A stretch of 64,000 bases of DNA from Alphaproteobacteria bacterium (GTDB lineage: Bacteria > Pseudomonadota > Alphaproteobacteria > UBA828), in contig CAXXVO010000007.1 in NCBI GenBank assembly GCA_963422645.2, positions 64,001 to 128,000 on the forward strand, in the 5' to 3' direction. Made by a program: the position numbers and the translations under genes. The notes under the pieces are model-generated. The model did not search any database and had not been told where the DNA came from. It saw nothing but the letters and a program-made list of their open reading frames with translations. Of the stretch, positions 10,007-20,093 are shown one piece after another. How positions within the stretch are numbered: the stretch's first letter is position 1; the number at the start of each line of letters is the position of its first letter.

Positions 10007-11894
10007 GTAACTGCCCAGGTCGTCTGATTTGTCATTTTGGGCCAGTGGATTGAGGCGTTTCTCGTTCGGAGTTGGTGGAAAGGGCTTGACGGGAATTTCG
10101 GGAAATGACTCAACAACGACATGAGCAATCCCGAGTCGCCGCGCGGCCCTTCGACGGGAGCAGCGCCCGAAACGCCCGCGCAGAAGATCGCCCGCCTGGA
10201 GGAGGAGAACGCCCGGCTTCGGGAGGAAAATGCCTGGCTTCGGCAGCAGAACGCGCGGCTGGAAGAGCAAGTCGCGCGTCTCGTCGAGCGCATCGAGGAG
10301 TTGGAGCGCCGTCTCGGCCTCAACAGCGGCAACAGCGTCAAGCCGCCTTCGAGCGATGGGCTGAGGAAGCCGAATTCGAAGCGGCGAACCCGAAGCCTGC
10401 GCGGCAAATCGGGCCGCAAGCCCGGTGGCCAGCCCGGCCACAAGGGCAAGACGCTGCGCCGCGCCGATCACCCGGATCGGGTGAAGGATCACGTCCCGGC
10501 TTCCTGCAAGGGATGCGGTTCGCCGCTTTCGGACGCGGCCAGGGCGGGAACGCCCGTCGCCCGCCAGGTGTTCGATCTGCCCGAGCCGAGCCCCCTGGAG
10601 GTGACCGAGCACCGGGCGCATGCCAAGTGCTGCGGGCATTGCGGGACGGTGACCCGGGCGGCGTTCCCCGACGGGGTGTCGGCGCCGGTGCAGTACGGCC
10701 CGCGCATTGCCGGGGTGGCGGTCTACCTTCAGCACGCTCACTTCCTGCCGGAGGATCGGCTGTCGCAGGTGATGGCCGAGCTCTTCGGCGCGCCGGTGAC
10801 GGCTGCGACGTTGGCGACGATGAGCGAGAGGGCGGCCGAGCGGCTGCGGGACGCGGCCTTGCACATACAGGACCTGGCGGCGGGCACGGCGCGGGTGAAA
10901 CACATGGACGAGACCGGCTTGCGGATCGGCGGTCAGACGCAGTGGCTTCATGTGATCTGCACGCCGCTGCTGGCGGCGTACCGGGTCAGCGGCAAGCGCG
11001 GCGCCCTGCTCTCGGGTGTCTCCGGCATCGTCGTGCACGATCACTGGAAGCCGTACTTCGCGATGGAAGGGGTGGAGCACGGCCTGTGCAACGCCCATCA
11101 CCTGCGGGAGTTGCAGGCGCTGGTGGACATCGAAGGGGAGGCTTGGGCCCGGCGGATGCAGCAGCTCCTGCGCCGAGCCAATCGCGCCGCCCGCATCGCG
11201 CTGGACAAGGATATCGCCGTTCCGGCGAGGCTTGTGGCGCTGATCGAGCGCCGATACGACGAGATCATCGCCGATGCGCTGGCCTTTCACGAGAGCCAAC
11301 CACCGTTCTCGCCTGGCAAGAGGAAGAAGCGCCGGAAGCGAAGGATCGGTCACAATCTGGCCTTGAGGCTGCGCGACCACAAATGCGCGGTGCTCCGGTT
11401 CCTGATCGACCTCGAGGTCGGGTTCACGAACAACGAGGCCGAGCGCGACCTTCGGATGATGAAGCTGCGCCAGAAGATCTCCGGGGGCTTCCGGTCCGCG
11501 CAGGGGGCCGAGAACTTCGCCATCCTGCGCAGCGTCATCACCACCGCCAGAAAGCAGGGCTGGAATATCATCGAAGCCCTGACCAGCCCATCGGATCGGC
11601 TCATCGCCACCGTCAAGTGCGCGTAAGCTCACCTGGCACGGGTTCTCCAACAGCGGAGCCATTCTCATAAACGATCATGGTCGACGCCGTGCTGGACCAC
11701 CCCATAGAATGAAAATCGGTGCCCGTCGCGCGGGCGGACTTCGGGCCACATCGGGGTAGCTTACCGGTCGCAGTCCGCAAGAGGGGCATCGTGAGCTGTG
11801 AAACCCGGCGACCCCAGAGGAGCACACGGGCGTCGCGTGGGTAGCGTTGTGCCGAATCCCAGAGAATTTTCACAGCAAGAACCTGGGCAGTTAC
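10007..11894 (+). mobile_element. IS66-family element with a single ORF (ISBst12-group-like)
   Basis: Perfect 14-bp inverted repeats GTAACTGCCCAGGT (10007-10020) and ACCTGGGCAGTTAC (11881-11894); no target duplication visible. Confidence 0.88.
10121..11626 (+). CDS. IS66-family transposase
   Basis: Coiled-coil N-terminus, NSGNSVKPPSSD, zinc finger, HMDETG, LCNAHHLREL, TNNEAERDLR. Confidence 0.95.
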   Translation: MSNPESPRGPSTGAAPETPAQKIARLEEENARLREENAWLRQQNARLEEQVARLVERIEELERRLGLNSGNSVKPPSSDGLRKPNSKRRTRSLRGKSGRKPGGQPGHKGKTLRRADHPDRVKDHVPASCKGCGSPLSDAARAGTPVARQVFDLPEPSPLEVTEHRAHAKCCGHCGTVTRAAFPDGVSAPVQYGPRIAGVAVYLQHAHFLPEDRLSQVMAELFGAPVTAATLATMSERAAERLRDAALHIQDLAAGTARVKHMDETGLRIGGQTQWLHVICTPLLAAYRVSGKRGALLSGVSGIVVHDHWKPYFAMEGVEHGLCNAHHLRELQALVDIEGEAWARRMQQLLRRANRAARIALDKDIAVPARLVALIERRYDEIIADALAFHESQPPFSPGKRKKRRKRRIGHNLALRLRDHKCAVLRFLIDLEVGFTNNEAERDLRMMKLRQKISGGFRSAQGAENFAILRSVITTARKQGWNIIEALTSPSDRLIATVKCA

Positions 11895-11973
11895 GGCTTG
11901 GAGTGGACATGCCCTTGCCGCGCCGCAGGCCGGGCGGCTATCGTCCGCCGCTCAATCGGCAGCGAGGCGCGAC

Positions 11974-13353
11974 ATGGCAACGAGGCCCGACGTGAGTGGC
12001 CGCAATCTCGACCTCGACAGCGCGGTCGACGAGGTGACGGCGCGCTATGTGGGCGCCAATCCCGCCAGCGAAGCGCAGTACGAGCGGGCGAAGCAGAGCC
12101 TGCCCGGCGGCAACACCCGGACCGGCATGTTCTACACGCCCTTCCCGCTCGCAATCGCGACGGCGGCCGGCGCAACGCTGACCGACGTCGACGGCCACAC
12201 CTACACCGACTTCGTCGGTGATTTCTCCGCCGGCCTCTACGGTCATTCGCATCCGGTGATCCGCGAGGCCCTGACCGCGGCCCTCGACGACGGCATGGCC
12301 TACGGCTCGTCCAGCCCCTACGAGGAGCGGCTGGCGACGCTCGTCTGCGCACGATTCTCTTCCATCGAGCAGGTGCGATTCACCAACTCGGGCACCGAGG
12401 CCAATACCATGGCGCTGGTCACCGCCCGCGCCGTCTCCGGCAAGGACCTGGTCATGGTGTTCGAGGGCGCCTATCACGGCGGCACCATCTACTTCGGCCG
12501 CAAGAGCGCGCCGATCAACATGCCCTTCCCCTTCGTGATCGCGCCCTATAACGACGCGGAAGAGGCGACGCGCCTGATTCGGGAGAATGCGGAGCGCCTC
12601 GCCGCCGTGCTGGTCGAGCCGATGCAGGGTGCGTCCGGCGCGATTCCGGGCGAGGCGGGCTTTCTGCGCGCGCTTCGCGAGGCCTGCACCACCCACGGCG
12701 TGCTGCTCATCTTCGACGAGGTGATGACCTCCCGGGTCGGGCCCGACGGGTGCCAGGGGCAGCTCGGCATCGCCCCCGACATGACGACGCTGGGCAAGTA
12801 CATCGGCGGCGGAATCTCCTGCGGCGCCTTCGGCGGCCCGGCGGAGATCATGTCGCGCTACGATCCCTCGAAGCCCGGCGCCTTCGTCCACCACGGCACC
12901 TTCAACAACAATGTGCTGATGCTCAGGGCCGGCGCCGCCGGTCTCGAAAAGGTCTTCACGCCAGAGGTGCAGGTGGCGCTCAACGACTCAGGCATCGCCT
13001 TGCGCGACGCCCTCAACGGCCTCGCCGCCAAGCACGGAGCGCCCTTTCAGGTCACCGGCCTCGGCTCGATCATGACGATGCACTTCCAGCGCGAGCCGCT
13101 CCGCTCCATCCGCGACATCCAGCCCCGGGACGAGCGCCTGCGCCAGCTCCTGCATCTCTACCTGATCGACAAGGGGTTCTTCACGACCCGGCGCGGGTAC
13201 ATGGCGCTCTCGCTGCTCATCGCCGAGGCCGATTGCGCCAGCCTGGTCGACGCGATCGACGACTTCCTGGCCCACCACGGCCATCTCCTCGATGCCGCCC
13301 CGGTGGGAGGTCCAGTTGAAGATTGGCCGGCTGCCGCCGGCGCTACCACCTAG
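11974..13353 (+). CDS. Class III PLP aminotransferase (glutamate-1-semialdehyde aminomutase-like)
   Basis: PGGNTR, RFTNSGTEA, YHGG, LIFDEVMT, TLGKYIGGG, GTFNNN. Confidence 0.9.
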   Translation: MATRPDVSGRNLDLDSAVDEVTARYVGANPASEAQYERAKQSLPGGNTRTGMFYTPFPLAIATAAGATLTDVDGHTYTDFVGDFSAGLYGHSHPVIREALTAALDDGMAYGSSSPYEERLATLVCARFSSIEQVRFTNSGTEANTMALVTARAVSGKDLVMVFEGAYHGGTIYFGRKSAPINMPFPFVIAPYNDAEEATRLIRENAERLAAVLVEPMQGASGAIPGEAGFLRALREACTTHGVLLIFDEVMTSRVGPDGCQGQLGIAPDMTTLGKYIGGGISCGAFGGPAEIMSRYDPSKPGAFVHHGTFNNNVLMLRAGAAGLEKVFTPEVQVALNDSGIALRDALNGLAAKHGAPFQVTGLGSIMTMHFQREPLRSIRDIQPRDERLRQLLHLYLIDKGFFTTRRGYMALSLLIAEADCASLVDAIDDFLAHHGHLLDAAPVGGPVEDWPAAAGATT

Positions 13354-13366
13354 CGAGGGAGAACGA

Positions 13367-13765
13367 ATGAACGACAGCGAACGCCGCAATCTCGCGGTGA
13401 TTACAGAGGTCTGCGACGCCTACAACCGGCACGACGTGGAGGGCATCGTCCGGCACTTCGCCGAGGACTCGTCCTGGCTGCTCTCGCGGGGCGTGCCGCC
13501 TGAGGGCGGGCGCGCGCGCGGCATCGACGAGATCCGCGCCATGGCGCACAGGCGCTTCCGCACCATCCCCGACATGTACTGGCATATTCGCAGCCACTGG
13601 GTCGGCGGCAACCGGGGCTGCTCCGAGTGGACCGTCACCGGCACCGAGAGCAAGGGCAACAAGATCAACTGGCTGGGCTGCGACATCTGGGAGCTGAACG
13701 ACGACGGCAAGGTCGTCACGAAAGACACCTACTGGAAATTCGCGGGCGAGGAGGCGCCAGAATAG
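13367..13765 (+). CDS. NTF2/SnoaL-like protein
   Basis: AYNRHDVEGI...FAED, GCSEWTVTGT, GCDIWE, KDTYWK; ribosome-binding site GAGGGAG. Confidence 0.88.
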   Translation: MNDSERRNLAVITEVCDAYNRHDVEGIVRHFAEDSSWLLSRGVPPEGGRARGIDEIRAMAHRRFRTIPDMYWHIRSHWVGGNRGCSEWTVTGTESKGNKINWLGCDIWELNDDGKVVTKDTYWKFAGEEAPE

Positions 13766-13781
13766 GCACCGCGCCCTGTTG

Positions 13782-13811
13782 TTGACAGCGTTCAGGCCGG
13801 CTCTGTAAACA
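13782..13811 (+). promoter_or_regulatory. Putative sigma70 promoter of tRNA-Ser
   Basis: TTGACA at 13782-13787, a TAAACA-like -10 at about 13806, then a GC-rich discriminator. Confidence 0.5.
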
Positions 13812-13840
13812 ACGGGGCCGCGCCGGCGCGGGACACCGCC

Positions 13841-13933
13841 GGAGGGATGGCCGAGTGGTCGAAGGCGGCGGTTTGCTAAACCGTTGTACGGTGACAAGCC
13901 GTACCGTGGGTTCGAATCCCACTCCCTCCGCCA
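13841..13933 (+). tRNA. tRNA-Ser(GCT)
   Basis: GGAGGGATGGCCGAGTGG start; anticodon arm GCGGTTT-GCT-AAACCGT; long variable arm; GTTCGAATC T-loop; encoded GCCA end. Confidence 0.97.
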
Positions 13934-14005
13934 CCTCTCTCGTGTAGATAGTTGTATTGAAAGGATATTATTGGGGTCCTTTGAGAGACGCCCCCCTATT
14001 TTCAG

Positions 14006-14147
14006 CCCTATTTGAAACGCGATGTCGCGGCACGCCCCTGAACCGCAGGAGACGATCCCACTCGTCATCACTCGCCTGTCGACCAGGGCGAGTCTCCTGT
14101 CGGTCAGCGCTCGACAACGTCGCCGACCGTAGCGCACCCGCCGCTCC
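14006..14147 (+). repeat. Diverged direct repeat of about 140 bp, copy 1 (copy 2 at 45802-45942)
   Basis: Colinear alignment by eye with an exact 27-bp core TCAGCGCTCGACAACGTCGCCGACCGT (14104-14130 and 45899-45925). Confidence 0.85.
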
Positions 14148-14717
14148 CTGGCCCGGATCGCGCGCGATCGTCCGGCGCTGGATCGGCTGCGTTCGGGGCG
14201 AGGCGATAGGGGCCGGCCATGGCTCGGATGCGCTCGACATCGGCCAACAGACTTGCGCGCACGAGCGACCACGACGACCCAACCCAGCCATTCACGTGCT
14301 TCTGGTCCGCCGTGATCTCAACGGACTAGCACGGTAGCGTTGACCCCGGAGCCGTCACGTTGACGGCCCGCCCGCCTGCCTCGACACGCTCCGGTCAAAT
14401 TCACTCCCGCGCCGAGCGGGCCCCGCCGGACCGTCAGAGGCGCGTGTCACTCCCCAACCGGGGGGAGACCCAGCCATCCGACCCCACCCCCCTCATCGCA
14501 TCCACACACACGACAGCGGTTCAGAAACCCGGCGGCCGATCTGATCGGCGACGCGGGCTGGTCACGCCGACTTCCGGAGACAAGCCCCAAGGCTCGAGCA
14601 GGACCGCTCCAGAGCCCACTTGAGTGACATGGGTATGAGATCGCCCCCTCGCTCCCCTTGACGCGTGCGATCCTCACGTGATCCACATAGACGGAGAAGA
14701 TTGCTAGAGGGCTCAGT

Positions 14718-15524
14718 GTGAGCGGTTCGCAGGAAGGGCCGCTGCTGGTCTGTGACGCCGTCCGCGCCCATTATGGTGCCATGGCGGCGGTGGACGGTCT
14801 GAGTTTCACCGTCGGCCACGGCGAGATCCTCGGTGTGGGCGGGCCGAACGGAGCCGGCAAGACGACCCTGTTCGACGTGATCTCGGGCCTGACCCGCGCC
14901 AGCGGCGGTACCGTCACGTTCGACGGCAAGGATATCACCGGCAAGTCCGCCGACCGCGTGTGCCACGCCGGAATCTCGCGCACGTTCCAGCTCAACGCCG
15001 CGTACGACACGCTCACCGTCGAGGAGAACGTGCTGTGCGCGTCCTACTTCGGCTATCGCAACGTCGTCTTCCCCAAGCTCGGCTTCGACCGTGCCGCCCG
15101 CGCGCGGGCCGAGGAGGCCATTGCCTTCGTTGGGCTGGAGGACGACAGCAACACCGTGGTGAGCGAACTGCCGATCCTGCACCGCAAGCTGCTCATGCTC
15201 GCCGCCGCCGTCGCACGCCGGCCCAGGCTGCTCCTGCTGGACGAGCCCGTGGGCGGCCTCAACCGGCAGGAAATCGACCATGTCATGCGCATCGTCGGCC
15301 GGCTGCGCGACGAGCAGGACCTGACTATCGTCCTCATCGAGCACGTCATGCGCTTCCTGGTGGCGCTCTCGGACCGCGCCCTGATCATGCATCACGGCCA
15401 GAAAATCTACGAAGGGCCGGCGGACGGCCTGGCGCAGGACAGGACGGTGGTGGAGGTCTATCTGGGCGAGCGCCAGGCCCAGCGTCTTCGGCTCGGGATC
15501 GTGAAGGGAGAAGCCGGTGGCTGA
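14718..15524 (+). CDS. Branched-chain amino acid-type ABC transporter ATPase (LivG-like)
   Basis: GPNGAGKTT, RTFQ, LLLDEP, LIEH, VYLG. Confidence 0.92.
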   Translation: MSGSQEGPLLVCDAVRAHYGAMAAVDGLSFTVGHGEILGVGGPNGAGKTTLFDVISGLTRASGGTVTFDGKDITGKSADRVCHAGISRTFQLNAAYDTLTVEENVLCASYFGYRNVVFPKLGFDRAARARAEEAIAFVGLEDDSNTVVSELPILHRKLLMLAAAVARRPRLLLLDEPVGGLNRQEIDHVMRIVGRLRDEQDLTIVLIEHVMRFLVALSDRALIMHHGQKIYEGPADGLAQDRTVVEVYLGERQAQRLRLGIVKGEAGG

Positions 15525-16239
15525 GGCCTCGCTGAGCGTCGACGCCATCACGGCCGGTTATCGGAGCCGACCGGTCCTGCGCGACGTCTCGCTTGCCGTG
15601 CCCGAAGGGGCGGTCGTCGGCATCGTCGGCCCGAACGGCCACGGCAAGACGACGCTGCTGCGCTGCATCTCCGGCATGATCCCGCTGTCGTCGGGTCAGG
15701 TCCTCTTTCGCAGCAGGACCCTGAAGGGGATGGCGGTCGAGAAGATCGCCGAGCTCGGGGTCATTCACATTCCGCAGGGCGATATGATCTTTCCCGACAT
15801 GTCGGTGCGCGACAACCTGTTGATGGGCGCCTACATGCCCGCAGCTTACGCCAGGGTCGATGAGCATTTGAGCGCGGTGCACGAGCTGTTCCCCGTACTG
15901 TTCGAGCGTCGCGATCAGACGGCGAGCACGCTCTCCGGCGGCGAGCGGCGGATGCTGGGGATCGGCCGCGGCCTGATGTGCGGTGGGCGGCTGCTGATGA
16001 TCGACGAGCCGTCGCTCGGGCTCGCGCCAATCATCATCGAGCAGATCTACGCGGTGCTGACCGAACTGAAGCGTGAAGGCAGGACCATTCTCCTGGTGGA
16101 GGAAAACGCGGCGCGCATGCTCGACCTCGTCGACGAGGTCTATCTGCTCGACCATGGCGAGTTCGTGTGGAACGGGACGCCAGCCGAGTTCGAGGAGCGA
16201 CAGGAGGTTCTCGAGACTTATCTGGGCGCAGACTTGTAG
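15517..16239 (+). CDS. Branched-chain amino acid-type ABC transporter ATPase (LivF-like)
   Basis: GPNGHGKTT, LSGGE, DEPSLGLAP, YLG. Confidence 0.92.
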   Translation: MAEASLSVDAITAGYRSRPVLRDVSLAVPEGAVVGIVGPNGHGKTTLLRCISGMIPLSSGQVLFRSRTLKGMAVEKIAELGVIHIPQGDMIFPDMSVRDNLLMGAYMPAAYARVDEHLSAVHELFPVLFERRDQTASTLSGGERRMLGIGRGLMCGGRLLMIDEPSLGLAPIIIEQIYAVLTELKREGRTILLVEENAARMLDLVDEVYLLDHGEFVWNGTPAEFEERQEVLETYLGADL

Positions 16240-16520
16240 TCGCGAAGAGCTTTTCCCGGAATGTTCTCGGCGGCTTGACGCGTGGCGCCCTGCGCGTGGC
16301 AAGCGGCATTCGATTCACTAGACCATCACACGCTCTGTGGCCCGCCGTGCCATGCCCCACGACCGGGTTTGTCAACGCGGCGCTGCGGTTACTTTACGGA
16401 GCCCTCAGCGACCGCCCACTCTACTCCACGGCGCACAGAGGACTAACGTCTGGTCCGCCGGTTGGCGCAGCGCTACACTGGATCCACTAGAAAAACTAAT
16501 CGAATACAGGGAGCGACGTC

Positions 16521-17882
16521 ATGTGGGGGAAGTGTGTAAACCTGCTCTCCAAGCGGGGGAAGAATGCGTCTGCGAGCGGCGTCTCGCGGCGTTCGTTTCT
16601 GAAAAACTCCGGCTTGGCTGCCGGCGCCGCCGTGTCCGGCCCGGCCGCGTTGATGGCACTCAACAAGGGCGCCAAGGCGGAAGGTGAGCCAATTCCCGTG
16701 GGCGGCGCGGTGCCGCTCACCGGCTGGGCGGCATCCGACGGCATCGAGGTTCGGCGCGGTCTGGAGCTGGCGATCGAGGAAGTCAACGCCCTTGGCGGGT
16801 TGCTCGGGCGCCCGATCGAGCTGCACATCGAAGACACGTCGACGATGGGCGCCAACTTCGTGATCCAGGCGCTGCAGAGGCTGATCGACCGACATGGAGT
16901 TCACGCCGTCATCAACGGATACAATGCAGGCACGCTTACCGCCGAATACGACACGATCGCGGACGCCGGGATTCTCTACCTGCACCACAACACCGCAAGC
17001 AGCCACAAGCGGGCAATCGCGAGCGATCCCGAAAGATATTTCGGAACCTTCATGTCCGATCCTGCGGACTACTGGTACGGGCCGGGTCTCATGCAGTTTC
17101 TCAAGGACCTGGAAGAGTCGGGCCAATGGACACGGCCCAACAACAAGCTGTTCCTGATCACTGGGTCCGACGACAACATGATGACCATCGGCAATGCGAT
17201 CCGCAGCACCTACGAGGGATTCGGCTGGGAGATCAGCGGCAGCGAGGTCGTGGTCACGCCGATTTCGGAATGGGGGCCGACTCTGGCCAAGGTCAGACAG
17301 GATAACCCGGCCGTGCTCGCCGTGATCCACTGGGTACCTCAGGACCTGGCGCAGTTCATGCTGCAGTTCACGCCGAATCCGACGAACAGCATCGTCTACA
17401 TGCAGTATGGGCCTTCGTTGCAGGCCTTCCGGGACATCGGCGGCGAGGCCGTCGTGGGCGTCACGTACTCGACCGTGATCGCCCAGCTGCAAGATGAAAT
17501 CGGCAATGCCTTCGGGGCGCGCTACAAGGCCAAGTTCGGTGACGACGCAAGTCCACTGATCGGCGCCCAGTCCTACGACAGCTTCTACGACTGGATAATC
17601 GCCGCCGCCATTGCCGGCGGCAGCGGCGCACCCGGCGACTTCGAGCAGAACCGCAAGATCTCGCACTGGCTGAACAGCCTCGCCTACCGGGGCGTGATGG
17701 GCACCATGAATTATGACATCAATCAGGAGGCCATTCCCTATCCCGACGCCACGCCCGATCCGTCACTCGGCATTCCTCACCAGTACATCCAGATTCAGGA
17801 GCTCACGGAGCCGCCGGTGATCATCGCGCCGAGCCCGTACGATACGGGTCGGTTCCTGACGCCTCCGTGGATGGACGCCTGA
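16521..17882 (+). CDS. Liv-type ABC substrate-binding protein with Tat signal
   Basis: Twin-arginine SRRSFLK; PLTG...ELAIEEVNALGGLLGRPIEL periplasmic binding protein motif. Confidence 0.9.
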   Translation: MWGKCVNLLSKRGKNASASGVSRRSFLKNSGLAAGAAVSGPAALMALNKGAKAEGEPIPVGGAVPLTGWAASDGIEVRRGLELAIEEVNALGGLLGRPIELHIEDTSTMGANFVIQALQRLIDRHGVHAVINGYNAGTLTAEYDTIADAGILYLHHNTASSHKRAIASDPERYFGTFMSDPADYWYGPGLMQFLKDLEESGQWTRPNNKLFLITGSDDNMMTIGNAIRSTYEGFGWEISGSEVVVTPISEWGPTLAKVRQDNPAVLAVIHWVPQDLAQFMLQFTPNPTNSIVYMQYGPSLQAFRDIGGEAVVGVTYSTVIAQLQDEIGNAFGARYKAKFGDDASPLIGAQSYDSFYDWIIAAAIAGGSGAPGDFEQNRKISHWLNSLAYRGVMGTMNYDINQEAIPYPDATPDPSLGIPHQYIQIQELTEPPVIIAPSPYDTGRFLTPPWMDA

Positions 17883-18053
17883 GTGCCGTGGACCTGACAC
17901 GCGGCTCTTAAGAGCGATGCCGGGAGAGAGCACTCTCTCCCGGCACTTAGGCGCAGTCGATCAGTGCAGCAGGTTGCCGCCTCGAAAATGGCGAAGAACC
18001 GAGTTGCGTCACCGCCGGCGAGTTTCGGGTCCGCCCGAAGCGAGTGAGCGATA

Positions 18054-18938
18054 GTGGACGCTCTCATTCAGATCATTTCCAGCGGGCTTCTTCTCGGCTC
18101 CATGTACGCGACGGGCGCCGTGGGCCTGTCGCTGCTGTGGGGCGCGCTCGGCATGCTCAACATGGCTCACGGCGCGCTGCTGACGATCGGCGGCTATGCC
18201 TCGTTCGCCGCAGTCAGCGGCCTGAACCTGCACCCCGTGCTGGGCCTGCCCGCTGCGATGATTGCCAGCTTCGTTTTTGGTCTGCTGCTCTATTTCGCGA
18301 TTGTGCGCTGGATGTACCGGCTCCCGGCCTTCGAAACCAATGTGATCATTGCGACGATCGGCCTCGCCATCCTGCTTGAGAACGTCGTCCTCAAGGTTTT
18401 TGGCGCCTATCCCCAGAGCCAGCCCTTCAAGATCGGACTGGAGAAGGGCTTCACGATCAGCGAGATCTACATTCCTTGGCAGAATCTGATCATCATCTGC
18501 ATCGCCATGGTGATGATGGTGGTGATGGCGTGGCTGCTGAATCGCACGCGCATGGGCCGCGCCATTCGGGCGACCGCGCAAAATCAGGATGCCGCCCGGC
18601 TCTTAGGGGTCAACGTCGGCCGTGTGTTCGCCCAGGTGATGGCGCTCGGCGGCGTTGTGGCGGGTGTCTCCGGCGTCATGCTGAGCTCGATCACCACACT
18701 CGCGCCGACCATGGGCTACGACCCCATGCTCAAGGCCTTCATCGTCTGCGTCATCGCGGGGCTGGGCAACGTAGCGGGCGCGTTCTACGCGGCGATGATC
18801 CTCGGTCTCTACGAGGCGGGGGTGCAGTACGTCTTCGGCGTCCGGTTCGCGCTTCCGGCGCTGCTCCTGCTCGTGATTGTCGCCCTGATCTGGCGACCGT
18901 TCGGCGTGTTCGGGCGCAAGCAAGTGACCCGCGTGTGA
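18054..18938 (+). CDS. Liv-type ABC permease (LivH-like)
   Basis: Hydrophobic; NMAHG, TRMGRAIRA, LKAFIVCVIAGLGN, RPFG. Confidence 0.92.
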   Translation: MDALIQIISSGLLLGSMYATGAVGLSLLWGALGMLNMAHGALLTIGGYASFAAVSGLNLHPVLGLPAAMIASFVFGLLLYFAIVRWMYRLPAFETNVIIATIGLAILLENVVLKVFGAYPQSQPFKIGLEKGFTISEIYIPWQNLIIICIAMVMMVVMAWLLNRTRMGRAIRATAQNQDAARLLGVNVGRVFAQVMALGGVVAGVSGVMLSSITTLAPTMGYDPMLKAFIVCVIAGLGNVAGAFYAAMILGLYEAGVQYVFGVRFALPALLLLVIVALIWRPFGVFGRKQVTRV

Positions 18939-19972
18939 CGCAAAGCGGTAGCAAGGCGTGGCGAAGCGACCTGGGGATCGGGTTGGTTCTGCTGGTCGTG
19001 GCCGCGGTGCTTCCCTTTCTCGACCCCACGACCTACGTCATTCGTCAACTGACCGTTTTCTTTATCTGGGCCACGGTCGTCACCCAGTGGAACCTGGTGT
19101 TCGGTGTCGCGGGCATCTTCTCGCTTGCGCAGCTAGCGTTGTTTGCCTTCGGCGGATACGCCACCGCGATGATGGCCTACTTCCTCGATTGGTCGCTGTG
19201 GGCGGCACTGCCCCTCGCCGCCCTCTTGACGGTGGTCTTCAGCATCGTCATCGGCCTGGCGTGCCTGCGCCTCCAGGGGCCTTACGTAGCCCTGCTGACG
19301 CTTGCCGTCGCCCAGGCCTTGCTCGTGCTCATCATCACCGACGTGGATTGCTTCAGAATGGAAGACACCATCTGCGTGCAATTCACCGGCGGGGTCCAAG
19401 GGTTCACCCGCTTCGGCGACTTCGGTTTCCGTGATTGGCTGGGACGGGACTGGTTCTTCGGCAACTATTTTCTCGCCCTCGTGGTCCTGGCGCTGGCAAC
19501 GCTGGTTTCCATCCTGGTGATTCGAAGTCCGCTGGGCATGGCATTCCGAGTGCTGAACGAAAACCCGGCCTTTGCGGTCACCCAGGGCATCAGCCGCTTC
19601 AAGTATCAGCTCCTCGCGTTCGCCGTCTCGGCGTTCTTCACCGGCCTCGCCGGCGGCGTCTATGCAGGCACCTTCCGAGTGATCGGCCCGAACATCCTGT
19701 TCCTGTCGCTGCTGATCTACCTCGTGGCGATGCTCGTGGTGGGCGGCATGGGCCGCACCTGGGGACCGATCGCCGGCGCCGCGGTGATCATGATCGCGGA
19801 CGAGGGACTGAAGGAGGCTGTCGACTATCGCAACATCGGCCTCGGTGCGATTATCGTGCTGTTCATCATGGTGTTTCCGGGTGGCGTGGCCGGCGCGGTG
19901 GAAGCACTGATGCGCCGGCTAGCGGGGCTGTGGCGCTACGCCAGGGACGGGCCCGCCGCAGGCGCCCGCTGA
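18935..19972 (+). CDS. Liv-type ABC permease (LivM-like)
   Basis: GTG start overlaps the previous stop; LRLQGPYVALLTL, SPLGMAF, VVGGMG...GPIAGA. Confidence 0.9.
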   Translation: MTQSGSKAWRSDLGIGLVLLVVAAVLPFLDPTTYVIRQLTVFFIWATVVTQWNLVFGVAGIFSLAQLALFAFGGYATAMMAYFLDWSLWAALPLAALLTVVFSIVIGLACLRLQGPYVALLTLAVAQALLVLIITDVDCFRMEDTICVQFTGGVQGFTRFGDFGFRDWLGRDWFFGNYFLALVVLALATLVSILVIRSPLGMAFRVLNENPAFAVTQGISRFKYQLLAFAVSAFFTGLAGGVYAGTFRVIGPNILFLSLLIYLVAMLVVGGMGRTWGPIAGAAVIMIADEGLKEAVDYRNIGLGAIIVLFIMVFPGGVAGAVEALMRRLAGLWRYARDGPAAGAR

Positions 19973-20093
19973 GCCGAGGTCGTGTGCGGCGGATGTGATT
20001 GAGAGCAATTGGAGGATGCCCTAGCCTGTGCGCTGCGTTTCTCACGCGGCATAAGGCGCGTTGGTTGGGATGCATCCGAGAGGGGAGGACACC

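Noticed and set aside
13716-13934. ORF beginning MAEGVGFEPT
   Set aside because: Antisense translation of tRNA-Ser
14445-14629. 185-bp segment bounded by TGTCACTC/GAGTGACA as a MITE
   Set aside because: Only an 8-bp inverted repeat, with no target duplication and no second copy seen
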